DNA of 64,000 bases from Candidatus Methanosuratincola verstraetei (GTDB taxonomy: Archaea; Thermoproteota; Methanomethylicia; Methanomethylicales; Methanomethylicaceae): NCBI GenBank assembly GCA_049570475.1, contig CP186953.1, forward strand, positions 1,408,001 through 1,472,000, read 5' to 3'. The position numbers and the translations under genes were made by a program. The notes below the pieces were generated by a model. It was not told the origin of the DNA, ran no database searches, and was given only the letters and a program-made list of their open reading frames with translations. Below, piece by piece: positions 48,005 through 57,530 of the stretch; the first letter of the stretch is position 1; the number at the start of each line of letters is the position of its first letter.

Positions 48005-48289
48005 CCTTCTTTTTATCTTCTTTTCATTTTCCAACGACAACCCATGCTGCGCTGAGGCGACCCGAGCCTTTGGCTTGTGCCCGATCGGGATCGGGATCGG
48101 AAAAAAGGCAAACCCGGAGAGAGACTCTTCAGCGAAATTATCCTGTTGCGCGGCACCCGTCCTGCCATGGTAATTTGATGTTATTGGAATGGCATTTCTA
48201 GGCGAAAGTGATAATACCATAATCTGGTCGGTGCGTTGCCTTTGGGGATCAATGCTAGGGCATGCTGGGGTGCAGGGGGCGGTCAGGGG

Positions 48290-49333
48290 ATGCCTTCTGA
48301 AGCTTACGCTGATGCGGCTTTTCGAGGTGCGGGCTTTGTCAGGGCCTCCTCGATCCAGCCGCGGGGCGCACCCCTGATGACCGGTTGCCCTGCCTTGGAC
48401 TCGCTAATGGGAGGGATCTGCGGCGGCGTCACCTACCTTTTCTCGGGCGCCCCTGCGTTCTTGGATGCGCTCTTGCACAACATCCTGGTCGCGGGGTGCT
48501 CCAGGGGGGAGGTCGCCTACATGAACAACACCGACTACTATGGCACCAGGAGCGAGATCTCGCCAGGCAGGATAGCCCTGATCGCGAAGCAGAATGGTCT
48601 CGACTATACTGCAGTGCTAGAGAGGATCATCTTCACCGCAGCATACAGCAGGGAGAGGCAGCCCTGGGCGGCAGGGGCGCTTGAGAGGGCAGTAAGGGAA
48701 TCCGGGAGAGCAGCCCTGATCGCAGCCCATGACATATCGGCTTTCCGGGGCGAGGCGGGTGAGGGCTCCTTTGAGATGGACCTGGTCGCCTCCTCCTTGT
48801 GGAGATTGGCCTCGGAGACCGGTGCCGCAGCCGTCTTCACCTCCCGAGACCGCAGGCTCTGCTCCAGCCTGGTCTTGGATCTGTCACAGGTGGCCGTTGA
48901 CTTCCGCAGCGTCAAGGGGGGCGTCCGCGCGACGCTCCTGCGGCACCCCGACCGGGCAACGCCCGCATCTGCCCTGATAGCCTTTCCAGAAAATTGGCAT
49001 GGAGGTGATCTTATGGGGAGGATAACCCCGCCATTCAGGCAGTCGTACCAGGATCTTTTGGGGTCGCTGAGGGGCGCATACCTGCCGCTTATGAGATGCC
49101 AGGAGAACAGGTCTGGGTTTGAACTGCTGGTTCGGGATGCATGGGACAGGGAGTATGCTGCGATGGCAGCCTCCGGGATCCCAATCGCCCTGGATGTAAT
49201 GAACCTGACCGCGAACGCGCACAACAGGGGCGAGATAGAGGCTCTGAAGCGCGAGCTCGCTGAGAAGGAGGCCAGGATAAAAGCATTGGAGGCCAAGGTT
49301 GCTGCGCTAGAGTATCGGACGCCTGGCCATTAG
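48290..49333 (+). CDS. Inactivated RadA/RecA-like ATPase fused in frame to a PolB2-associated small helical protein
   Basis: TGCPALDSLMGG followed by a degenerate Walker A (SGAPAFLD); C-terminal MGRITPPFR... domain from an internal ATG at 49013 with a GGAGGTGA RBS. Confidence 0.7.
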   Translation: MPSEAYADAAFRGAGFVRASSIQPRGAPLMTGCPALDSLMGGICGGVTYLFSGAPAFLDALLHNILVAGCSRGEVAYMNNTDYYGTRSEISPGRIALIAKQNGLDYTAVLERIIFTAAYSRERQPWAAGALERAVRESGRAALIAAHDISAFRGEAGEGSFEMDLVASSLWRLASETGAAAVFTSRDRRLCSSLVLDLSQVAVDFRSVKGGVRATLLRHPDRATPASALIAFPENWHGGDLMGRITPPFRQSYQDLLGSLRGAYLPLMRCQENRSGFELLVRDAWDREYAAMAASGIPIALDVMNLTANAHNRGEIEALKRELAEKEARIKALEAKVAALEYRTPGH

Positions 49334-49495
49334 CGTTGCCTGAAAAATGCGACGCCCGTCGCTGCCCCAAAGAAGGGAGGGGGGCGACTCCTGATCCTGG
49401 AACTGCTAACCAAACGCCCTGCTTTTTCCAGCCATCCATGCGGGATCCCAACGGGTAAATAAAGATCCGTGTTCTAATGATATTGAGGAAAAAAG

Positions 49496-50149
49496 ATGTC
49501 GATCGAATCGAACAAGATCTTAGGCGGCGTTGGTGCGATATTGCTATTCATCGGGGTAATCCCGTTCCGTTACATGGGTGTAATTTCGCTTGTCGGTCTG
49601 ATACTGATTCTGGTCGCGCTGTCCGGCTTCGCCAGTATATACGGGGACAGGAGGATCTTCAACAATTTCCTATACGGTATAATTGCAGGAATAATTGGCG
49701 CGGCAGTTGCAGTTGCGGTAGCCTTATTTTCTGTTTTGTCCGTCTTGACCCAACTTCTTTATGAAATCTTCCCAGGATGGAATGGCGACTGGACCGCCCT
49801 CCAGGGGATGACGCCAGACACCTCTAACCTGGAAACGGGCACAATATTATCCCTATTGGGCGGGATCCTTGTTGTACTCGTGATACTTTATATAACCGCA
49901 ATCTTAGGCGGCTTCTTCACCAGGCGGTCGTTCAAGGCCCTATCGGAGAAAACAGGCATCGGGCTCTTCTCGACAGCAGGGCTGATATTTTTCATTGGAA
50001 CTTTCCTTACCATCATACTCATAGGGTTCCTTCTAATCTGGATCTCAATACTCCTGATCGCGATTGCCTTCTTCCAAATAAGGGCACAGCCAGAAGCCCC
50101 CGCAGCCGCAACCGCAGCGGTCGCCCCTCCCGCACCCTCGACGGGATGA
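49496..50149 (+). CDS. DUF996 family membrane protein
   Basis: KILGGVGAIL, IFNNFL, TGIGLFSTAG, AIAFFQI. Confidence 0.82.
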   Translation: MSIESNKILGGVGAILLFIGVIPFRYMGVISLVGLILILVALSGFASIYGDRRIFNNFLYGIIAGIIGAAVAVAVALFSVLSVLTQLLYEIFPGWNGDWTALQGMTPDTSNLETGTILSLLGGILVVLVILYITAILGGFFTRRSFKALSEKTGIGLFSTAGLIFFIGTFLTIILIGFLLIWISILLIAIAFFQIRAQPEAPAAATAAVAPPAPSTG

Positions 50150-50595
50150 CCGCCAATCAAAAATAACCAATTGCATTTTTCTTTTTTCTGAATGGTGCAA
50201 CCAAACCACTCTTTTTTCCGTCTGACGCAAAGAGATGATTCGATGCGGCGCATTCATCAGCCTATCTTTTTTCAATCCTGCGCATCCCGGGCGCGTTCAA
50301 GATTGTACTGCCTGATCGCTTCCCTAATCCCAAAAAACCAATGAAGCATGGCATGCAAATAAAAACTCCAGTTGATCAAGGTATCTTCATAAACAAACTT
50401 TTCCTTGGAGAGTCTGTTGGGCGAAAATGTTTCCTGCCCCAGGCTTGCCGGTGCAATGTTGATCCCATGGTAGTGCCAAGAATTTTTGGCGAAAGTGACA
50501 GAATGATCACGAGCAGTTAAGAATGTGGCAAACCGCTGTAATGGGAGCTGCGGCATCCGAGCACTGTCCGACGGGTCGCTGGGGCTCAAGGGGGC

Positions 50596-52764
50596 GTGGT
50601 GTGTTTGGGGCGCGAACGCGGTTGGATATTGGACGCATACGTCAATGGAACAGAGGCGGTCGTCTGGATAAAGACCGAGGGCGGGCGGGCCCTGCGCTTG
50701 AGGGATCAGTACGCCCCGTTCTTCCACGTTCTCTGCAGCCCGGGATGCGAGGAAGGGATCGCTTACCAGATCTCCGAGTGCCCCGAGGTCAGGAGGGTCT
50801 GCGCTGAGGAGCTAATCCCGTCTTTTGGCGATCGCGCCAGGCAGATGTTGAAGGTAGAGACTTGGGGTCTGCACCTCCGGAGGCTGGCCTTTGCGGCAAA
50901 GCGGATCCCTGGGGTCGAAGCCGTCTACAACCTTCCCCTCAGCCACGTGCAGCGCTACCTCTTCACGAGGCTCAGGGCAGAGCCAACTTCTAGGGTCGAG
51001 GCTGACTTCGACGGGGACCGGCTTCTGGCAGTCAGGAAGCTGGATGACGAGGAGGGGCTGGCGCCTCCGCCCTTCAGCCTGGCTGCTTTCGCCCCCAGGA
51101 TGGAGAGGCGTGGCGGTCGGTGGGAATTGAGGTCGGTCCGATGCACTTCCTGCGGGTACGAAGCATCCGGAGGCGAGGCGCACGTCCTGGAATCATTTTT
51201 TGACCATCTCGCCTCCGAGGATCCTGACCTCGTCCTGATCCCCGATCTGGACAGGCGGTTTTACCCTTCGATACAGTGGCTTTCAAAGGAGGAAGGGGTG
51301 CCGCTCAGGCTGGGGAGGTGCGGCGATCCTTACAAGCGCCTCCAAGGGTCTGCAGCGGGCAGGGTCTTCCTAGGCTCAGTCTTCTACGGGTTCAGCGCCG
51401 ACAGGTGGGGCATTGCCGGCCTAGTTGAGCGATCCAGGTTCGCATTCGCCACGATGGGGCAGGCGACGAGGTGGCTCAGCAATAGGGCGATCGACTCCAG
51501 GACATCGTTCGAGCTGATCAGCAGGGGGCATGCGGTGCCTGAGGAGGACTACAGGGAGTGCGCAAGGCCGCTGGGCGAGCTCGCTGCAAGGGACCGGGGC
51601 GGGATCACCTTCACCCCCGTACCGGGAATGCTCTACGAGAACGTTGCCGCCCTCGACTTCGACTCCCAATACCCCAGCCTGATCCTGAGGGACGGGATCA
51701 GCTACGAGAGCCCATACGGGAGCGGGGGCAGCACCGGCGATGCAGGGGCCCCCTGCGCCGGCGACGGCAGGGGCAAGCCGATCCTCGGGTCCGTGATCGA
51801 AGAGTGGCTCAGGAGGCGGCTCGCGCTGAAACGCCTCCGCAGGACCCTTGCAGAAGGAACGGACGATCGGAGGTTCTGCGAGGAGCGGATAAGCGCGATC
51901 AAGATGATACTCGTCACTATATACGGGGTCTCGGGGTGCTGCAGGAACCGCTTCGGGAACCCTGTTGTCTTCGAGGAGATCAACCGGAGATCCAGGGAGG
52001 CGATGGTGGCTGCCAAGAGGATCGCCGACGCAAAGGGATTCCGCGTTATCTATGCCGATGTCGACTCGATCTTCGTTACCAGGCGAGGTGCGTCCATTTC
52101 CGAATACGCGGACCTAGCTGGCACCATCGGGTCAGAGACCGGGCTCTCCATTTCGATCGACCGCCACTTCAAGTTCTTGGCATTCCCGAGGCTCAGGCGA
52201 GACCCGTCCTCTTCAGCGCTGAAGCGGTACTTCGGCGTGACCTACGACGGCGAGGTCGTGGCGCGGGGCATAGAGATGCGGAGGGGGGACATGCCGGGGG
52301 TGGTTAGGAGGTTCCAGGAGGGGCTGATAAGGGAGGTCTTCTCCTGCAGGGACTCTGAGGAAGTCCTCTCCTTGGGCGTCTGTCGGGGGAGGGCCCTTCT
52401 CAGGAGAGCCCTCAGGGAGATCAGCGCTGGCATGCCCTGCAAGGAAGGCCTTGTGGTCAGGAGGCGCCTGGGGAAGGATCCAGGATCCTACAAGGTGAGC
52501 ACAGCTGAGCGCTCTGCGGCCCTCCAGCTTCTCGCCCTCGGGAAGGGTGCCTCTCCAGGCGAAGAGGTCGAGTTCGTCCGATCCAGCGCCTCCCACCAGA
52601 ACCCCTTGTGCAGGGTAAGGATCCCGGATCTCTTCAGCGGCAACTTCGACAGGGCATATTATGGAAGGCTCTTGACCGAGGCTGCCAGGGTTGTATTCGA
52701 GAGCATCGGCGCCGGTGAGGTCGCTGACAGGCAGCAGGCAAGCCTGGTGCAGTGGATGGGTTAG
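50596..52764 (+). CDS. polB2: Family B DNA polymerase, PolB2-like (exonuclease-deficient)
   Basis: GWILDAY N-terminus, DRGG, ALDFDSQYPS, KMILVTIYG, YADVDS, KRYFG, RGIEMRR; no clear Exo motifs. Confidence 0.85.
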   Translation: MVCLGRERGWILDAYVNGTEAVVWIKTEGGRALRLRDQYAPFFHVLCSPGCEEGIAYQISECPEVRRVCAEELIPSFGDRARQMLKVETWGLHLRRLAFAAKRIPGVEAVYNLPLSHVQRYLFTRLRAEPTSRVEADFDGDRLLAVRKLDDEEGLAPPPFSLAAFAPRMERRGGRWELRSVRCTSCGYEASGGEAHVLESFFDHLASEDPDLVLIPDLDRRFYPSIQWLSKEEGVPLRLGRCGDPYKRLQGSAAGRVFLGSVFYGFSADRWGIAGLVERSRFAFATMGQATRWLSNRAIDSRTSFELISRGHAVPEEDYRECARPLGELAARDRGGITFTPVPGMLYENVAALDFDSQYPSLILRDGISYESPYGSGGSTGDAGAPCAGDGRGKPILGSVIEEWLRRRLALKRLRRTLAEGTDDRRFCEERISAIKMILVTIYGVSGCCRNRFGNPVVFEEINRRSREAMVAAKRIADAKGFRVIYADVDSIFVTRRGASISEYADLAGTIGSETGLSISIDRHFKFLAFPRLRRDPSSSALKRYFGVTYDGEVVARGIEMRRGDMPGVVRRFQEGLIREVFSCRDSEEVLSLGVCRGRALLRRALREISAGMPCKEGLVVRRRLGKDPGSYKVSTAERSAALQLLALGKGASPGEEVEFVRSSASHQNPLCRVRIPDLFSGNFDRAYYGRLLTEAARVVFESIGAGEVADRQQASLVQWMG

Positions 52765-53014
52765 CCCCAAACTAGCCATTTCCCCCCTCAAATCATAATG
52801 GTTTGGAATCGAGGGGTTTTCGGGCAGAATGGGGATCCCTCTAGACGGCTTATATCCATGGTTGTTGGGGCGCCTCATGGGCTTGATTAGCTGCCTTTTC
52901 AATCACGGGCTGCAATTCGATCCCTGCTGATCGAAAAGCGAATTGGGTTCAAAGCAATAATATTTTATGAATTTCTTGGCAAATTTTATTAGCCATCTTT
53001 GCGCATATACAATC

Positions 53015-54418
53015 ATGATCAGCACAGCTGACCTTGCCGTCATAGCTGCCTACATGGTCGTTGTCTTCTTAATAGGAGTCATATACCGGAAGTCCGGTTC
53101 TACATACGAATACATGGTCGCTGGAGGTCGCATGGGCTTCCTCTCTTCATATTCGACTTTTGCTGCAACGGCGATAGGTGCAGGCTTCGCGATGGGGATC
53201 ATCGGCAACGTGTACCGATTGGGCATTTCTGGGGCTTGGACGCTGTTGGCATTCGGGTTCGGGTTCGCGATGATATACCTCCTGATGCCGAGGGTAAGGC
53301 GCCTTGGCGAGAAGTACCGGTTCACCACCCTCCCGGAGATGGTAGGCAAGAGGATGGGGAGGGGCGTCCGGGTGCTCGCGGGAATAGTTACGGTGGCGGG
53401 CATCTCAGGATTCATAGCCGACAACTTCGTGGGTCTCGGGACGATCTTCAAAGTATACTTCGGCATAGACCTCTGGGTCGGGATACTTGTGGCTGCGGCC
53501 ATAACTGCCTTTTACACCGTGCTAGGCGGTCAGGTTGCAGTCATCAGGACGGACATGATACAGTGGGCAATAGCGGCATTCGGGATTGCGTTCATTGTGT
53601 TGCCGCTGGCCCTGGCAAGCGCAGGAGGCTGGGAAAAAATCGCCTCGACCCTCCCCCCTGATCGCCTGAGCCTTTCATCCCTCTCAGCTTACGCAATAGC
53701 CGGCGGGCTGACCTCAATGGTCTTTGGGGTCCAGTTCCAGAACCACTTGGTGCAGAGGCAGTGGGTCGCCAAGGACAGGAAGGTGCTGCTTAGGTCGGCA
53801 GTCCTTGCAAACCTTACATTCTTCCTCTGGGCAGCCGTCTGCACAGTGATAGGTCTTGCGGGCGCAGTGGTCTTCCCAAGCCTCTCTTCAGCGCAGTCGC
53901 TCCTTCCTCTCGTGGTGAACGAGGTCGTGCCCGCGGGCCTCAGCGGCTTCGTCATCGCCGCCCTCCTCTCAATCATAATGTCGAGCGTGGACTCCTTCCT
54001 GATTGGGGTCTCCTCGAGCCTCTCGAAGGACATAGTGGGCGTTGCCTTCCCGGATATGGACGACAGGCGGATGCTCCAGGTGACCAGGCTGAGCGCCCTG
54101 CTACTGACGCTCCTTGCGGTCGGGATCGCGATCCTCTACCCAGACATCCTGGGTCTGATAGTGGCTTTCTTCTCCACGATTGCAAGCGGGCTCGGGGTGC
54201 CGGTTCTTGCAACGCTCTTCTGGAGGAGGGCTACGCCCCCGGGAGTCGCGGCTGGGATAATGGCAGGATCTATAGTGGCGCTCTACCTCCGCCTGACCGC
54301 ATCGCCGTTCGATCCATCGCTTGTAGGGGTCCCTGTGAGCCTCGCAGCGACCGTGCTCGTCAGCCTTGCAACGAAGCCCCAGCCGAAGCCGCTGATCGAC
54401 GAGTACTTCGGAAAATGA
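53015..54418 (+). CDS. Sodium:solute symporter (SSS family)
   Basis: ATAIGAG, YTVLGG..AVIRTD, AALLSIIMSSVDS, LFWRRAT. Confidence 0.9.
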   Translation: MISTADLAVIAAYMVVVFLIGVIYRKSGSTYEYMVAGGRMGFLSSYSTFAATAIGAGFAMGIIGNVYRLGISGAWTLLAFGFGFAMIYLLMPRVRRLGEKYRFTTLPEMVGKRMGRGVRVLAGIVTVAGISGFIADNFVGLGTIFKVYFGIDLWVGILVAAAITAFYTVLGGQVAVIRTDMIQWAIAAFGIAFIVLPLALASAGGWEKIASTLPPDRLSLSSLSAYAIAGGLTSMVFGVQFQNHLVQRQWVAKDRKVLLRSAVLANLTFFLWAAVCTVIGLAGAVVFPSLSSAQSLLPLVVNEVVPAGLSGFVIAALLSIIMSSVDSFLIGVSSSLSKDIVGVAFPDMDDRRMLQVTRLSALLLTLLAVGIAILYPDILGLIVAFFSTIASGLGVPVLATLFWRRATPPGVAAGIMAGSIVALYLRLTASPFDPSLVGVPVSLAATVLVSLATKPQPKPLIDEYFGK

Positions 54419-55443
54419 CGGAAACTGGAAAAAATGGAGTAAAAGAGGTAACTGGAATGAAATTCAGCAGGAGAAGAAAAGTCCTGGTCTCAGCGCTTGC
54501 AATCGCCCTGATTGTGTTTCTGGTGGTGCCTTTCCTGATACCGATCCCGCCGCTCACGGGCACATTCCCCTCAGACAGGCTCGGGAAATCCGACAGCCGT
54601 TTCGCTGTAGTGAACGGGATAAAAGTGCATTACAAGATGTACGGGTCGGGAGAGCCCGTGGTCATCCTCATGCATGGCTTCGGGGCCTATTCTTTCTCAT
54701 TCGATCCTGTAATGCAGCCCCTCTCCGAATACGGGACGGTCATCGCGTTCGACAGGCCAGCGTTCGGATTCACCGAGCGCCCAATACTGGACACTTGGGA
54801 AGGCCCCAACCCCTACACGAACGAGTTCGCGGCTGACCTTGCGGTAGGCCTCATGGACGAGCTGGGGATAGGCAAGGCGATCCTGGTCGGGCATTCTGCC
54901 GGGGGCGCTGTCGCAATCCTCACGTACTACCGCCACCCCGAGAGGGTGAGCGCGTTGATACTCGAGGACGCCGCAGTCTACGGCGGAGGGGTGCCCTGGT
55001 ACATCGGGCTATTCCTGTGGCTGCCGCAGGTCCAGAGGCTCGGTCCGCTCCTGGTCAGGGGGATCGCTGGGGATAGCGGGATAAGCACAATTTACCTCGC
55101 GTGGCACGACGACTCCAAGATAACCCCGGACATAATAGAGGGCTACCGTAGGCCGCTGATGGCTGATGGATGGGACTATGCCCTCTGGCAGTACACGCTC
55201 GCCTCGGGTGGGTCGGACCTTAAATCGAACCTGAGCAGAATCTCGGTCCCCGTTCTGGTAATGACAGGTTCCGATGACAAGATAGTCCCGCCCGACAACG
55301 CAATCCGCCTCTCCGAGGAGATCCCTGGTTCTTCCCTAGTCGTGATACCTGACTGCGGGCACATCCCCCACGAAGAAACCCCTCAAGAGTTCTTGGGGGC
55401 AGTGATCTCTTTCATGCGATCAAGTGGTCTGGCAGCTCGCTGA
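54415..55443 (+). CDS. Membrane-anchored alpha/beta hydrolase
   Basis: HGF, DRPAFG, GHSAGG nucleophile elbow, GSDD, GHIPHEE. Confidence 0.9.
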   Translation: MTETGKNGVKEVTGMKFSRRRKVLVSALAIALIVFLVVPFLIPIPPLTGTFPSDRLGKSDSRFAVVNGIKVHYKMYGSGEPVVILMHGFGAYSFSFDPVMQPLSEYGTVIAFDRPAFGFTERPILDTWEGPNPYTNEFAADLAVGLMDELGIGKAILVGHSAGGAVAILTYYRHPERVSALILEDAAVYGGGVPWYIGLFLWLPQVQRLGPLLVRGIAGDSGISTIYLAWHDDSKITPDIIEGYRRPLMADGWDYALWQYTLASGGSDLKSNLSRISVPVLVMTGSDDKIVPPDNAIRLSEEIPGSSLVVIPDCGHIPHEETPQEFLGAVISFMRSSGLAAR

Positions 55444-55529
55444 CACCAAGCGACTGCCAAGGTTTTTCTATCACGCCTGCGTAAGTGATCATGCGCTCTG
55501 CGCGCGGAACGCATGTTTAGCCGTGGTAG

Positions 55530-56798
55530 ATGATATTGATAGTACTCAAGGACAAAAAAGATTATGATCGGCTCGAACCCGAGTTCAGGGACAAGGTGAA
55601 CTCGTACATCTGCTTTGCGAGGTGGTACGTCCCCTACTACAGGCGGTCTCTGCAGGACTTCTGCGCGGACTTCAGCAGGTACTACGAGATGCCGCTTACT
55701 AAGGACGACAGCCTATCGTCCGACCCGCTCTCCTTCGTGGCATTCCAGGACAGGGTTGTCCGCGCGACTACCTCAGGGGGGACGTCGGGGAAGCGGAAGA
55801 TGATCTTCAGGACCGAAGAGGATCTCGATCGGAGCGTCGATACTGTGGCGAAGGTATTCCGCGGGGCTGGCGTGAAGAGGGGTGACAGGATAGCTATCCT
55901 GCAGCCTTTCGACATGTGGAACACCGGGCACCATGCGATGGCGGCTTTCCAGCGGATCGGGGCGCTGAGCTTCCCTTTGGGCCTCTCCGGGACGGACGAG
56001 TACGTTCTCTGGATCCTGGAGAAGCTCTGCTGCAACGTCATATTCGCAACCCCGTCCCGCGCCTCATTCTTAGCCTCGCTGCATAAGGGAGGGCTGTGCC
56101 TGGAGAGGGTGCTCTGCACCGGCGAGCCGATACTTGAGGCGCACCGCGAGTCGGTCAGGAAGGCGTGGGGAGCCGAGATCTTCGGTACCTACGGCACCGA
56201 GGAGGTCGATGGGATAGCCTACGAGTGCGCGGCTCACGACGGCTACCACCTTGTGGACGAGGACCTCATCGTTGAGATTCTTGACCCTGAGACGCTCATG
56301 CCTGCAGGGGGGCGTACCGGGCTTCTTGTCCTGAGCAAGATAAACCGCACCGGGACTGTGCTGTTGAGGTATTCCGTCGGCGACATCGTTGAGGTCGACG
56401 AGAAGCCCTGCAGGTGCGGGTCCAGCATGCCCAGGATCAAGTTCATCAGGAGGGCTTCCGAGATCATCTACCTCTACAACGGGCTGAAGATCTCCCTGCA
56501 GCCAATCGAGGGAGCCATAAGGTCCGTGCTCGGGTACGTGCCGCTATACCAGATCATCCTGGAAGGGAGTGGCGGGAAAGAGGTCATGACGCTGGTTATC
56601 CAGAAGGGCGGATCCGACGAGGTTCGCGATCGAGTCTTGAGGTCCTTCCTCTCCTCGATCCCTGACCTTGAGGAGGCTTACGCCTTGGACAAGACCATTG
56701 AGATCAAGGTAGTTCTTGACGCATCCTTCTCCTCATTCTCAATGACCGGGAGGGGCAAGCTGCCAAGGGTGGTCGACCGGAGGAAACCCCAGCCTTAG
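55530..56798 (+). CDS. Phenylacetate-CoA ligase-like adenylating enzyme
   Basis: TSGGTSG, TGEP, YGTEE, LRYSVGD, GKLPRVVD. Confidence 0.85.
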   Translation: MILIVLKDKKDYDRLEPEFRDKVNSYICFARWYVPYYRRSLQDFCADFSRYYEMPLTKDDSLSSDPLSFVAFQDRVVRATTSGGTSGKRKMIFRTEEDLDRSVDTVAKVFRGAGVKRGDRIAILQPFDMWNTGHHAMAAFQRIGALSFPLGLSGTDEYVLWILEKLCCNVIFATPSRASFLASLHKGGLCLERVLCTGEPILEAHRESVRKAWGAEIFGTYGTEEVDGIAYECAAHDGYHLVDEDLIVEILDPETLMPAGGRTGLLVLSKINRTGTVLLRYSVGDIVEVDEKPCRCGSSMPRIKFIRRASEIIYLYNGLKISLQPIEGAIRSVLGYVPLYQIILEGSGGKEVMTLVIQKGGSDEVRDRVLRSFLSSIPDLEEAYALDKTIEIKVVLDASFSSFSMTGRGKLPRVVDRRKPQP

Positions 56799-56818
56799 GT
56801 GCGCCGATAGCCCTTGGC

Positions 56819-57397
56819 TCATCCTCTTCCATCTGGCGCATTGCCGCATCCCAGCTTCTCCGCCAGCTCCCTGAGGGCCTCGAGCAGCTCCACAAGCTTC
56901 TCCCTGGTCCTGGCGTCGGCTATCTTCCCGTCTGCGCCGAACTTCTTCTCTGCATTAGGGACAAAGAGCTCCGGGTACACCAGCGCATGCATACCTAGCC
57001 CGACGCATATCTGCCTCAGGTGGTACTGCGCCCTCGATGTTCCCATCGATCCCGTGGAAGCCCCTGCGATCGCAACAGGCTTGCCTTCGAAAGGGCTCTC
57101 CTCAAATGGCCTGGATGCCCAGTCGATCGCATTCTTGAGGACGCCTGGGACCGAATAGTTGTATTCAGGGGTGCAGAACAACAGCGCATCGGCTGACCTT
57201 ACCTTCTCCTTCAGCGCTACGACCCTCTCGGGAGGCGCGTTCTCGAGATCCTGGTTGAACGGCGGTATGCCCTCCAGATCAAAGATCTCGACCTCGATCC
57301 CATTTGGGGCGAGATCCCTCGCGTTGAGCGCGAGCGCCCTGTTGAAAGACCCTCTCCTGAGGCTACCGGGGATTGCCAAGACCTTCATGCGAACCAT
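56819..57397 (-). CDS. NADPH-dependent FMN reductase (ChrR-like)
   Basis: GSLRRGSFN, TPEYNYSVPGVLKNAIDW, GKPVAI. Confidence 0.92.
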   Translation of the reverse strand: MVRMKVLAIPGSLRRGSFNRALALNARDLAPNGIEVEIFDLEGIPPFNQDLENAPPERVVALKEKVRSADALLFCTPEYNYSVPGVLKNAIDWASRPFEESPFEGKPVAIAGASTGSMGTSRAQYHLRQICVGLGMHALVYPELFVPNAEKKFGADGKIADARTREKLVELLEALRELAEKLGCGNAPDGRG

Positions 57398-57505
57398 CAG
57401 ATAATTGATATCCGCACAGCAAATAAATTATTAGCGGACCCCCTGTGTTGGTCGCGTTTCCAGGTCGATACCCTTATATATTCAAATTCACAATTATCGA
57501 TTAAT

Positions 57506-57518
57506 ATTACATTGTAAT
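57506..57518. promoter_or_regulatory. Palindromic candidate operator upstream of acr3
   Basis: ATTACA-T-TGTAAT perfect inverted repeat between the TATA (CTTATATA, ~57473-57480) and the ATG. Confidence 0.45.
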
Positions 57519-57530
57519 GAGGCAATCCTG

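Noticed and set aside
50272-50727. 151-aa minus-strand ORF before polB2
   Set aside because: It overlaps the polB2 start and promoter, with no RBS or recognisable motif.
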